A DNA stretch of 64,000 nucleotides from Phyllobates terribilis (taxonomy: Eukaryota), in NCBI RefSeq assembly GCF_046119375.1, contig NW_027362761.1:617272001-617336000 (forward strand). The letters run 5' to 3'. Position 1 is the first letter of the stretch; every line of letters begins with the position of its first letter. Below the pieces are notes generated by a model. It was not told the DNA's origin. It saw nothing but the letters and a program-made list of their open reading frames with translations, and did not search any database. Made by a program: the position numbers and the translations under genes. Positions 1-11,872 of the stretch are shown here, in pieces.

Positions 1-208
1 TCACTCCGTGCTGTTTGACTACTTCAGTCAGTGTCTGCTGTGACGCCATCATCCTCCTGTGTGACGCCAGGGCGTCCTCTAATGTAGGGATTTCTACGGA
101 GGGAATGGTAAAACTTAAGAAGAATAATTCTCTACATGCATCTAATGAACAGGTCCGTGTTTGTTATTTAACACTTAAGGTTTTCGGTTTCCTCGAGTGA
201 TGAAGAGC

Positions 209-604
209 CTATTCAGTAGGACTATCAGCTGTTTATCCACCTGACTTCTGCACAACACAACTGATGGTCCCAACCCCATTTATAAGGCAAGAAATCCCAC
301 TTATTAAACCTGACAGGGCACACCTGTGAAGTGAAGACCATTTCCGGTGACTACCTCTTGAAGCTCATCAAGAGAATGCCAAGAGTGTGCAAAGCAGTCA
401 TCAAAGCAAATGGTGGCTACTGTGAAGAACCTAGAATATAAGACATATTTTCAGTTGTTTCACACTTTTTTGTTAAGTATATAATTCCACATGTGTTAAT
501 TCATAGTTTTGATGCCTTCAGTGTGAATGCACAATTTTCAAAGTCATGAAAGTACAGAAAGATCTTTAAATGAGAAGGTGTGTCCAAACTTTTGGTCTGT
601 ACTG
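209..604 (-). mobile_element. Tc1/mariner transposon end (long terminal inverted repeat), family A
   Basis: Ends ...GTGTCCAAACTTTTGGTCTGTACTG at 604, followed by TA (605-606). It is the reverse complement of the CAGTACAGACCAAAAGTTTGG ends at 18168 and 53718. Confidence 0.9.
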
Positions 605-606
605 TA

Positions 607-3416
607 GGTGGAGGAGGAGGTGGACTGGCGGCATAGGTGGAGGAGAAGGAGGAGGTGGACTGGCGGCATAGGAGGAGGAGGTGGACTGGCGGCATAGGAG
701 GAGGAGGTGGACTGGCGGCATAGGTGGAGGAGAAGGTGGACTGGCGGCATAGGTGGAGGAGTAGGTGAACTGGCGGCATAGGTGGAGGAGTAGGTAGACT
801 GGCGGCATAGGTGGGAGAGGTGGACTGGCGGCATTGGTGTGGGGGTGGACTGGCGGCATAGGTGGAGGAGGAGGTGGACTGGCGGCATAGGTGGAGGAGG
901 AGGTGAACTGGCGGCATAGGGGGAGGAAGAGGTGGACTGGCGGCATAGGTGGAGGAGGAGGTGGACTGGCGGCATAGGTGGAGGAGGAGGTGGACTGGCG
1001 GCATAGGTGGAGGAGGAGGAGGTGGACTGGCGGCATAGGTGGAGGAGGTGGACTGGCGGCATAGGTGGAGGAGGTGGACTGGCGGCATAGGTGGTGGATG
1101 AGGAGGAGGTGGACTGGCGGCATAGGTGGTGGATGAGGAGGAGGTGGACTGGCGGCATAGGTGGAGGAGGAGGTGGACTGGTGGCATAGGTGGAGGAGTA
1201 GGTGGACTGGCGGCATAGGTGGAGGAGTAGGTAGACTGGTGGGAGAGGTGGACTGGCGGCATTGGTGTGGGGGTGGACTGGCGGCATAGGTGGAGGATGA
1301 GATGGACTGGCGGCATAGGTGGAGGAGGAGGTAGACTGGCGGCATAGGTGGAGGAGGAGGAGGAGGTGGACTGGCGGCATAGGTGGAGGAGGAGGAGGAG
1401 GTGGACTGGCGGCATAGGTGGAGGAGGTGGACTGGCGGCATAGGTGGAGGAGGAGGTGGACTGGCGGCATAGGTGGAGGAGGAGGTGGATTCGCGGCATA
1501 GGGGAAGGAGGAGGTGGACAGGCGGCATAAGTGGAGGAGGAGGTAGACTGGCGGCATAGGTGGGAGACGTGGACTGGCGGCATAGGTGGGGGGGTGGACT
1601 GGCGGCATAGGTGGAGGAGGAGGTGGACTGGCGGCATAGGTGGAGGAGGAGGTGGACTGCCGACATAGGTGGAGAAGGAGGAGGTGGACTGGGATTATAG
1701 GTGGAGGAGGAGCAGGAGGTGGACTGGCGGCATAGGTGGAGGAGGAGGAGGTGGACTGGTGGCATAGGTGGAGGAGGAGAAGGAGGTGGACAGGCGGCAT
1801 AGTTGGAGGAGGAGGAGGTTGACTGGCGGCATAGGTGGAGGAGGTGGACTGGCGGCATATGTGGAGGCGGAGGAGGAGGAGGAGGTGGACTGGCGGCATA
1901 GGTGGAGGAGGAGGAGGTGGACTGGCTGCATAGGTGGAGGAGGAGGTGGACTGGCGGCATAGGTGGAGGAGTAGGTGGACTGGTGGCATAGGTGGAGGAG
2001 GAGGAGGTGGACTGGCGGCATAGGTGGAGGAGGAGGTGGACTGGCTGCATAGGTGCAGGAGTAGGAGATGGACTGGCGGCATAGGTGGAGGAGGAGGAGG
2101 AGGTGGACTGGCGGCATAGGTGGAGGAGGAGGTGGACTGGCGGCATAGGTGGAGGAGGAGGTGGACTTGCGGCATAGCTGGAGGAGGAGGAGCTGGACTG
2201 GTGGCATAGTTGGAGGAGGAGGAGGTGGACTGGCGGCATAGGTGGAGGAGGAGGTTCACTGGCGGCATAGGTGGAGGAGGAGGTGGACTGGCGGCAGATG
2301 GAGGAGGAGGTGGACTGGCGGCAAAGATGGAGGAGGTAGACTGGCGGCATAGGTGGATGAGGAGGTGGACTGGTGGCACAGGTGGAGGAGGAGGAGGAGC
2401 TGGACTGTGGCATAGGTGGAGGAGGAGGTGGACTGGCGGCATAGGTGGAGGAGGAGGAGGTGGACTGGCGGCATAGGTGGAGGAGGAGGTGGACTGGCGG
2501 CATAGGTGGAGGAGGTAGACTGGCGGCATAGGAGGAGGAGATGGAGGAGGTTCACTGGTGGCATAGGTGGAGGAGAAGGTGGACTGGCGGCATAGGTGGA
2601 GGAGGAGGTGGACTGGCGGCATAGGTGGAGGAGGAGTAGGTGGAAGAGGAGGAGAAGGTGGACTGGCGGCATAGGTGGAGGAGGAGGAGGTGGACTATCG
2701 GCATAGGTGGAGGAGGAGGATGAGGTGGACTGGCGGCATAGGTGGAGGAGGTGGACTTACGGCATAGGTGGAGGAGGAGGTGGTGGACTGGCGGCATAGT
2801 TGGAGGAAGAGGAGGAGGTGGACTGGTGGCATAGGTGGAGGAGGAGGTTCACTGGCGGCATAGGTGGAGGAGGAGGTGGACTGGCGGCATAGGTGAAGTA
2901 GGAGGTGGACTGGCGGCATAGGTGAGAAGGAGGAGGAGGTGGACTGGCGGCATAGGTGTAGGAGGAGGAGGAGGTGGACTGGCAGCATAGGTGGAGGAGG
3001 AGGTGGACTGGCAACATATGTGGAGGAGGAGGTGGACTGGCGGCATAGGTGGAGGAGGAGGAGGAGGTGGACTGGCGGCATAGGTGGAGGAGGAGGTGGA
3101 CTGGCGGCATAGGTGGAAGAGGAGGTGGACTGGTGGCATAGGTGGAGGAGGAGGAGGAGGTGGACTGGCGGCATAGGTGGAGGAGGAAGAGGAGGTGGAC
3201 TGGCGGCATAGGTGGAGGAGGAGGTGGACTGGTGGCATAGGTGGAGGAGGTGGACTGGCGGCATAGGTGGAGGAGGAGGAGGTCGACTGGCAGCATAGGT
3301 CTAGGAGGAGGAGGTGGACTGGCGGCATAGGTGGAGGAGAAGGAGGTGGACTGGCGGCATAGGTGGAGGAGGAGGAGGTGGTGGACTGGCGGCATAGGTG
3401 GAGGAGGAGGTGGTCG
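607..3416. repeat. G-rich minisatellite, unit ~29-35 bp GGTGGACTGGCGGCATAGGT(GGA)n
   Basis: About 2.8 kb of tandem units with a variable number of GGA triplets. It generates all the Pro/Ser-rich minus-strand ORFs. Confidence 0.97.
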
Positions 3417-3421
3417 GGGGC

Positions 3422-5029
3422 TGTCAGGGAAGTATTGAGGAATATTGAAAAATTCTTCCATATTACCCTGACCCAGATCTTTTCCATTCTTCCCCTTCTG
3501 CTCAGCACAAAAGCCACAATTAACACAGTCATGATGGAGGCCTTACACAAACAAATGCCAGCCATGAAGTGTTACAGGCTAACTAAAATGCAAATGTATT
3601 TCCTCTTAACACAGACCTGAGATAGATGACAGCTTCTCCCAGGCCAGAGTTTGGAGGAAAGAGGAAATGGTTCGTTAAGCTCAAAGGCACTCACAAACAA
3701 TTCCCGGGCCACCAGCCATAGCCAGGTCAACACCGATATGAAATATTGTGAGTTCCATACTTCCGGCAATAACGGGACCCATATTTTTAGAGGTAAAATC
3801 AGTGAGGGAATGATGGGGATATTTTTTCTGCCACTGAAAAACGCTACATAGAGCTGTAACGCAAAAACACCAGAATAGCAGACTGCAACTATGCGATGTG
3901 TGAACTCTAACTGAAGATAAAATCATAAGGGAAAAAATGGCGTAGTTTGCAAAGCTTCTGCGATCAAAAAGTGATGAGTTATCGCAGAAGTTAGCATTTT
4001 TAATAGAAATGTGCAGGCTGGAGACCGGCCCACAAGATGTCACCAAAAGGGGCATGTGGGTAACTCTCCCCTTAGGTATAAGAGAACCCATGGACATTGG
4101 AGGAGGACTCATTTCCAGGGGGTATAAGGATTATAAGCAACGGGTCGCGTTCGATAATGCTCAAATCAACTGGGTAGCCCCTCCTGCTGATTCGTCCCTA
4201 CGAACTGTATAGTGTAAGTTATCTTTTATCCTGTTTATTTTATGTAACTGCTTAAAAATACATAATGTCTCCTTTGTAACATCCTTGTATATATTTTTCC
4301 TAAACACTGCCTTCCTTTTGGATTAAGGCAGTGTGCCCACTATGCGCTTTTTAAGCGTTTTTGATGCGGAATTTCTGCAGCAGAAACGCTTGGTAATCCG
4401 TGCCCCATGATCCCCAATGAAAATTTGCATGTTCTGTGCCCATGAAAATCCGCAGCATGTCCATTATTTGTGCGTGTCTGCATGCGGATTTGAGGTCTCA
4501 ATGTACTTGAAAAACGCAAGTCAAATCCGCATGTAAAAACGCTGCAAAAACGCGTCAAAAACACATGTAAAATCCACAAGCGTTTTTGACTGCCAAGATC
4601 ATGCAGAAACGCTGCAGAAATTTTCTGCTTCATTTCTGCATCGTGGGCACATAGCCTTAATATAAAATTTAATAGTCCTGTTTCTCTTGTTCTGTAACCG
4701 TTCCCTTCCCCGCAGTCATATACGCTACCAAAACGCAGGCATCCGGCCAGGCCTGTATTATATTTCAAACTCTGCCGGTGGTGGCAGAGAATATTAATAA
4801 TCGGGCTATCGTGAAGCTGACAGTGACGGTACGGAGGGCATAAACACGTATTCCATGCATTGAAATCCAGAGGTGTAACGCCATACTCTCACTGGTCGCT
4901 TGCCGATTCCCACGTAACAAGTAGTCTGGATCGCGTGCTCACGATTCTGCACGAAATACTGACAGCGTGATGGCACGGTGAGATATTGCGTGACCTCCCC
5001 GGTGTCTTCCCTGTCTGGAATCCCTGACA
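3422..5029. mobile_element. Solo LTR (~1.27 kb without the nested MITE)
   Basis: Termini TGTCAGGGA...TCCCTGACA form a 9-bp inverted repeat. Flanked by the 5-bp direct repeat GGGGC (3417-3421 and 5030-5034). No coding signature inside. Confidence 0.85.
4327..4656. mobile_element. TTAA-target MITE (Kolobok/T2-like) nested in the solo LTR
   Basis: TTAA on both sides (4323-4326, 4657-4660). Termini GGCAGTGTGCCCAC...GTGGGCACATAGCC. Confidence 0.85.
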
Positions 5030-5347
5030 GGGGCGCGGTATAGGTGGAAGAGGCAGACGAGGTAGCGAACACAGTTTTTCTTTTGTTTTTTTGGAGAGGA
5101 GGCCAACAAATGAAACAAATGGCAAATAGAGTTGAAGACTTTCTGACTGCGGATGGTATAGTTGTGTAGTAGAGTTGAGCCAACCCTGTAGTGTTCGAGT
5201 TCGGTTCGGTTCGTCGAACACCCATATGTTCGCCGAACTGTTCGTCGAACACCGTTAAAACCAATGGCAGGCAAACAAAATCACATAGAAACACATAGAA
5301 ACACCTTCAAAGGTGTCCAAAAGCTGACAAACTGCTCCGAAGACACT

Positions 5348-7500
5348 CTCTTTAAAAAAGCCGGCTGGCAATTTAGCAGCGGCATACACCGGTACCCGAC
5401 AATTTAGAACAGAAAGAATAAAGCATCACACATAGATTAGATAGATAGAAACATGTCAGTCACATATATAAGAAGTACAGTGACAGTGTTGGTTACTGTA
5501 CTTGTCATTTAGTGTTAAAATAAAGGATTTATTAAAAAAAAAATTGGCGTGGGGTTCCCCGTAATTTTAGTCTCTAGCGGAGGTTAAGCAGACGGCTGGG
5601 GAAGATGTTTGAAGCCTGGGAAGGGGGTAATACCCACGGAGCTTCCCAGGCTACTAATATCAGCCCCCAGCTGAATACCTAGCCTTTACTAGCTATTAAA
5701 ATGGGGGACCCCCCAAAAAATGACGTGGGGTCCCCCCTATTTTAATAGCTAGCAAAGGCTAGGCAGACAGCAGGGGGCTGATATTAATAGCCCAGGAAGG
5801 GTGTCATGAATATTGGCCCCCTCCCAGGCTAGAAACACCAGCCGTCAGCCGCCCCAGAAATGGCGCATCCATAGGATGCGCCAATTCTGGCACTTAGCCT
5901 CGCTCTTCCCACTGCCCTGTAGCGGTCGCAGTGGGGTGATAGGGCTGGGGTTGATGTCAGCTTATAATGCCAGCTGACATCAAGCCCAGGTTAGTAATGG
6001 AGAGGCGTCTATAAGACACCCCCATTACTAACCCCATAGTCAAAGTTAAAAAAAACACAACACCCAGAATAAAGTCCTTTAATTGAAATAAACACACAAT
6101 CCTTTATTGTTCTAAATTAAACCATACTTACCGTCACGCCCATTCCAGCTGAAGCCAACGATCTCCTGCAATAAAAGAAAAATAATAAAGCAACATTATC
6201 CTTACCTTTCCATGGTTCCCACGACAGCTTCAGCTCTGCTACATTCACACTGAGAAGCGCAGGCATGCTTGCGCTCCTCAGTGTCTGGCTGTGACGGCAT
6301 CCAGATGAGCCGAGGTCATGTCCAATGAACTCAACTCACCTCATGCACGACACTGACAGCGTGGGAGAATTCTCCTGCGCTCAGCGCTTCAGCAGGAGAA
6401 TTCTCTCACGCTCACTGCAAGCGCAGGAGAATTTTCCCACGCTGTCAGTGATGTGCATGAGGTGAGCTGAGTTCATTGGACATGACCTCGGCTCATCTGG
6501 ATGCCGTCACAGCCAGACACTGAGGAGCGCAAGCATGCCTGCACTTCTCAGTGTCTGCGGCATGGCAAGCTGGATGGCAGCTTTCGGCTGCGATCCAGCC
6601 TGTCATGTGAATGTAGCAGAGCTGAAGCTGTTGTGGGAACCATGGAAAGGTAAGGATGAGGTTGCTTTATTATTTTTCTTTTATTGCAGGAGATCATTGG
6701 CTTCAGCTGGAATGAGCGTGATGGTAGGTATGGTTTAATTTAGAACAATAAAGAATTGTGTGTTTATTTCAATTAAAGGACTTTATTCTGGGTGTTTGTG
6801 TTTTTTTTTTTAACTTTGACTATGGGGTTAGTAATGGGGGTGTCTTATAGACGCCTCTCCATTACTACCCTGGGCTTGATGTCAGCTGGCATTATAAGCT
6901 GACATCAACCCCAGCCCTATTACTCCACTGCCACCGCTACAGGGCAGTGGGAAGAGCGAGGCTAAGTGCCAGAATTGGCGCATCCTGTGGATGCGCCATT
7001 TCTGGGGCGGCTGATGGCTGGTGTTTCTAGCCTGGAAGGGGGCCAATATTCATGGCACCCTTCCTGGGCTATTAATATCAGCCCCCTGCTGTCTGCCTAG
7101 CCTTTGCTAGCTATTAAAATAGGGGGGACCCCACGTCATTTTTTGGGGGGTCCCCCATTTTAATAGCTAGTAAAGGCTAGGTATTCAGCTGGGGGCTGAT
7201 ATTAGTAGCCTGGGAAGCTCCATGGGTATTACCCCCTTCCCAGGCTTCAAACATCTGCCCCAGCTGTCTGCTTAACCTCCGCTAGAGACTAAAATTACGG
7301 GGAACCCCACGACAATTTTTTTTTAATAAATCCTTTATTTTAACACTAAATGACAAGTACAGTAACCAACACTATCACTGTACTTCATATATATGTGACT
7401 GACATGTTTCTATCTATCTAATCTATGTGTGATTCTCTATTCCTTCTATTCTAAATTGTCGGGTACAGATGCTGAATTGCCAGCCGGCTTTTTTAAAGAG
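5348..7500. repeat. ~2.15 kb inverted repeat (foldback) with arms of ~1 kb
   Basis: CTCTTTAAAAAAGCCGGCTGGCAATT at 5348 pairs with AATTGCCAGCCGGCTTTTTTAAAGAG ending at 7500. The arms can be followed to a short spacer at ~6382-6419. Confidence 0.93.
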
Positions 7501-8173
7501 ACGGTGCATGAAAACACTAATATTTTTTTTAATAAATCCTTTAATACTAAATGACAAGTACAGTAATCAACACTGTCACTGTACTTCTTATATATGTGAC
7601 TGACATGTTTCTATCTATCTAATCTATGCAGGGGCGGACACAGACTGTAGTGGGCCCTCGTGCAAGAATTTTTGGGGGGCCCTCCCCTGCCCTTCATAGG
7701 GGGCATGAAGGCCCCCCCCCTGCATCTCTCATCCCCCCGTGTATTTCTGATTCCCCCCACTCCTAGTTAATTAATTGTATTTAAAAAAAAATAAAACTTG
7801 TTATACTTACCCCCAGGGCGGGCTCCAGGTTTTTGTGGGCCCTGGGCGGCAAAGTTTCAGTGGGCCCCTTTAACCCTAGAACGCATACCTGGGGCCTCGC
7901 AGGCCCGCCCTGTTAATTGTTTTCTATTTTCTGCAAGATTGCTTTAGTTAGAATTTTGAAACTCTAGGTATTCTTCATGTATATAGTTGTTTGTCTTTTC
8001 CAGTTGTTCATTTATTTTTACGTTACAGGCATTTTCGGTATAACAACTCTTTTTTGAAAATACCCATTTTTATGGTCATGCATTCTAGGGTTAACACATA
8101 CCATGATTCATGATGCACAGATACCACAGAGAAATATATATATATAGTACAAGGCCAAGGATTTCACTTACTA

Positions 8174-10095
8174 CATTACATGAGCGATATCTATTGTAAA
8201 TTCCACAATAGCTCAGAAACCGGTGAATCCTCACAGCGCACAGTGCAGACCGGACAGTACAGTCCTCCATACAGTATTATGGGCACCATATAATGCTCCA
8301 TACAGGATACTGACCCCCTTATAACGCTCCATACAGGATACTGACCCCCTTATAATGCTCCATACAGGATACTGACCCCCTTATAATGCTCCATACAGGA
8401 TACTGGTCCCCTTATAATGCTCCATACAGGATACTGGTCCCCATATAATGCTCCATACAGGATACTGACCCCCTTATAACGCTCCATACAGGATACTGAC
8501 CCCCTTATAATGCTCCATACAGGATACTGACCCCCTTATAATGCTCCATACAGGATACTGGTCCCCTTATAATGCTCCATACAGGATACTGATCCCCGTA
8601 TAACGCTCCATACAGGATACTGGTCCCCATATAACGCTGCATACAGAATACTGGCCCCCATATAACGCTCCATACAGAATACTGGCCCCCATATAACGCT
8701 CCATACAGAATACTGGCCCCCATATAATGCTCCATACAGAATACTGACCCCCTTATAACGCTCCATACAGGATACTGACCCCCTTATAATGCTCCATACA
8801 GGATACTGACCCCCTTATAATGCTCCATACAGGATACTGATCCCCGTATAACGCTCCATACAGGATACTGGTCCCCATATAACGCTCCATACAGGATACT
8901 GGTCCCCATATAACGCTGCATACAGAATACTGGCCCCCATATAACGCTCCATACAGAATACTGTCCCCCATATAACGCTCCATACAGAATACTGGCCCCC
9001 ATATAATGCTCCATACAGAATACTGACCCCCTTATAACGCTCCATACAGGATACTGACCCCCTTGTAATGCTCCATGCAGGATACTGATCCCCGTCTAAT
9101 GCTCCATACAGGATACTGGTCCCCATATAACGCTCCATACAGGATACTGGTCCCCATATAACGCTGCATACAGAATACTGGCCCCCATATAACGCTCCAT
9201 ACAGAATACTGGCCCCCATATAACGCTCCATACAGAATATTGGCCCCCATATAACGCTCCATGCAGGCTGTTCCCCCCTTATAATGCCCCATTACACAAG
9301 CGATATCTATTGTAAATTCTACAATAGCTCAGAAACCAGCGAATCCTCATAGCGCACAGTGCAGACCGGACAGTATAGTCCTCAATACAGTTCTATGGGC
9401 ACCATATAATGCTCCATACAGGATACTGACCCCCTTATAACGCTCCATACAGGATACTGACCCCCTTATAATGCTCCATACAGGATACTGGTCCCCATAT
9501 AACGCTCCATACAGGATACTGGTCCCCATATAACGCTCCATACAGGATACTGGTCCCCATATAACACCGCATACAGAATACTGGCCCCAATATAACGCTC
9601 CATACAGAATACTGTCCCCCATATAACGCTCCATACAGAATACTGACCCCCATATAACGCTCCATACAGAATATTGGCCCCCATATAACGCTCCATGCTG
9701 GCTGTTCCCCCTTATAATGCCCCATTACATGAGCGATATCTATTGTAAATTCTACAATAGCTCAGAAGCCGGCGAATCCCCACAGCGCACAGTGCAGACC
9801 GGACAGTATAGTCTTCCATACAGTATTATGGGCACCATATAATGCTCCATACAGGATACTGACCCCCTTATAATGCTCCATACAGGATACTGACCCCCTT
9901 ATAATGCTCCATACAGGATACTGGTCCCCATATAATGCTCCATACAGGATACTGGTCCCCATATAATGCTCCATACAGGATACTATCCCCCATATAACGC
10001 TCCATACAGAATACTGACCCCCATATAACACTCCATACAGAATATTGGCCCCTATGTAACGCTCCATGCAGGCTGTTCCCCCCTTATAATGCCCC
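8174..10095. repeat. 31-bp minisatellite (ATAACGCTCCATACAGGATACTGACCCCCTT) organised as three higher-order units
   Basis: A ~115-bp spacer CATTACATGAGCGATATCTATTG... recurs at 8174, 9290 and 9723. Each copy is followed by 31-bp variants. Confidence 0.93.
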
Positions 10096-10488
10096 ATGCA
10101 GGATGACACCCCCCTTTTAATGCCCTATGCAGGATGTCACCTCTATCCCCCATAAAATGCCCCATGCAGGATGTCACCCCCCCATATAATGCCCCATGCA
10201 GGATGTCACCTCTATCCCCCATATAATGCCCCATGCAGGATGTCACCTCTACCCCCATATAATGCCCCATGCAGGATGTCACCTCTACCCCCCATATAAT
10301 GCCCCATGCAGGATGTCACCTCTACCCCCATATAATGCCCCATGCAGGATGTCACCTCTACCCCCATATAATGCCCCATGCAGGATGTCACCCCCCCATA
10401 TAATGTCCCATGCAGGATGTCACCTCTACCTCCTATATAATGCCCCATGCAGGATGTCACCTCTCCCCCCATATAATGCCCCATGCCC
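10090..10488. repeat. ~30-33 bp minisatellite ATAATGCCCCATGCAGGATGTCACC(TCTA)CCCCCAT
   Basis: About 12 tandem units. A related array lies at 28750-29000. Confidence 0.92.
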
Positions 10489-10856
10489 CTGAATCTATGT
10501 GTGATACTCTATTCTTCCTGTTCTAAATTGTCGGGTACCGGTGTATGCCGCTGCTGAATTGCCGGCTTTTCATGTTTCACTGTGAGCACTGTTCCCATCG
10601 ATTTGGGCAACCACTGTAATGCCACAACCACCATGGCTGTGGCATTACAGTGAGTGGCAGACAATCCCTGCATGATTGGTGCTCTAAATAGCGCCAGACA
10701 TGCGGGACACGCTTTTGGTGCACGAACAGTTATCGAACATAACCTCGAACAGCCAAATTTTTTCCAAATCGTTCGGGTTCGTCGAACGACTCGAACAACA
10801 AAACAGCTCGAATTTGAGATTGGCGAACAGTTCTAGTTGAACACCGCTCATCTCTA

Positions 10857-11530
10857 TTGTGTAGTCATCCAAAGCTATGGACAAGTCCTGTGGGATCCAC
10901 GCCTGGTTCATTTTAACGAATGTTGCATTGGCTGTGGACAGGCGGATGTGTCTGTCTGTAATGACACTCCTTCCCCGTGCTAAACACATTCCAACAGAAC
11001 ACTTGCCGCAGGGCAGGCCAGCACCTACAAGGCATAAGGGCAAACTCAGGCCATGTGTCCTATTTGGAGACCCATAAGTTAAATGGGGCTGAGCCATCAC
11101 TCAGTACGTGGAGACGTGTGGACACATACCCATCCACCATGTTGTAACGCTGCCTCCTACTAATACATACTGTATTAGATGGTGGTGCCGGCTGTTGTGG
11201 CATGCTGAGAAAGTTTTGTCACACTTTGACCATGCTAACCCTGCCTTCCGAGGTGCTGCCAGTGCTCCAGCTACGTTGGTGACTTCCTTCTCCGTCTCTG
11301 CCTTGTTCCACGGAGCCCCTTCTGTCAGGTGGGAGCGCCATTACTAGCTTTCCTACCAGCGTGTATTTGTATTCCCGCATTTTGCGATCCCTCTCCAGTG
11401 ACGGATGATATGATGGTACATTGTCCTTGTAGCGGGTATCCAACAGTGTGGCCACCCAGTAATCTGCACTTGTAACAATATGTGCAATTCATCGGTCCTT
11501 CCTCAGGCACTGCAACACTTTTGGGGCTTA
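10857..11530 (-). pseudogene. hAT transposase remnant (C-terminal part including dimerisation domain)
   Basis: Minus-strand frames read DYWVATLLDTRYKDNV and YAL*VLACPAASVLLECV...VITDRHIRLSTANATFVKMNQAWIP, with stops and frameshifts. Confidence 0.85.
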
Positions 11531-11585
11531 CTAATAGCAATGAGATAACTGATGCCAATTATTGATTTCTCAGACTAATAGAAAA

Positions 11586-11872
11586 CACACAGCGCCTTAA
11601 AACGGTACACCCACAGGCGGAGGGGACAGAGAAGGCACAGTACTCCCACAGGCGGAGGAGGCAGAGTACACACAGCGGCTTAAAGGCACAGTACTCCCAC
11701 AGGCGGAGGGGGCAGAGTACACACAGCGGCTTAAAGGCACAGTACTCCCACAGGTGGAGGGGGCTGAGTACACACAGCGGCTTAAAGACACAGTACTCCC
11801 ACAGGCGGAGGGGGCAGAGTACACACAGTGGCTTAAAGGCACAGTACTCTCTCAGGCGGAGGGGGCAGAGTA
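11586..11872. repeat. 51-bp minisatellite (~5-6 units)
   Basis: Unit CACACAGCGGCTTAAAGGCACAGTACTCCCACAGGCGGAGGGGGCAGAGTA; explains the 17-aa periodicity of ORF 11597-11842. Confidence 0.92.

Larger units (their letters stand above)
7629..10491. mobile_element. Nested hAT-type insertion carrying minisatellite arrays
   Basis: Termini CAGGGGC...GCCCCTG. Exact 8-bp TSD AATCTATG (7621-7628, 10492-10499). The empty site is visible in the related element at 26466-26473. Confidence 0.82.
5170..10856. mobile_element. Non-autonomous hAT element (5.7 kb) with palindromic cargo
   Basis: TIR TAGAGTTGAGC / GCTCATCTCTA. Exact 8-bp TSD TTGTGTAG (5162-5169, 10857-10864). Subterminal GTTCG/CGAAC motif clusters at both ends. 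Confidence 0.92.

Noticed and set aside
1-208. Sequence left of the Tc1 end with two GTGACGCCA motifs
   Set aside because: Too short and cut by the window edge to classify.
501-3620. Long Pro/Ser-rich minus-strand ORFs (up to 692 aa) resembling extensin or formin
   Set aside because: They are open in several overlapping frames with the same periodic peptide, which is a by-product of the stop-poor minisatellite. No splice or domain context.
8174-10490. Repeat-plus-spacer layout superficially like a CRISPR array, and periodic MERY/GALYG ORFs
   Set aside because: Monomers are directly adjacent, the spacers are copies of each other rather than unique, there are no cas genes, and the context is eukaryotic.
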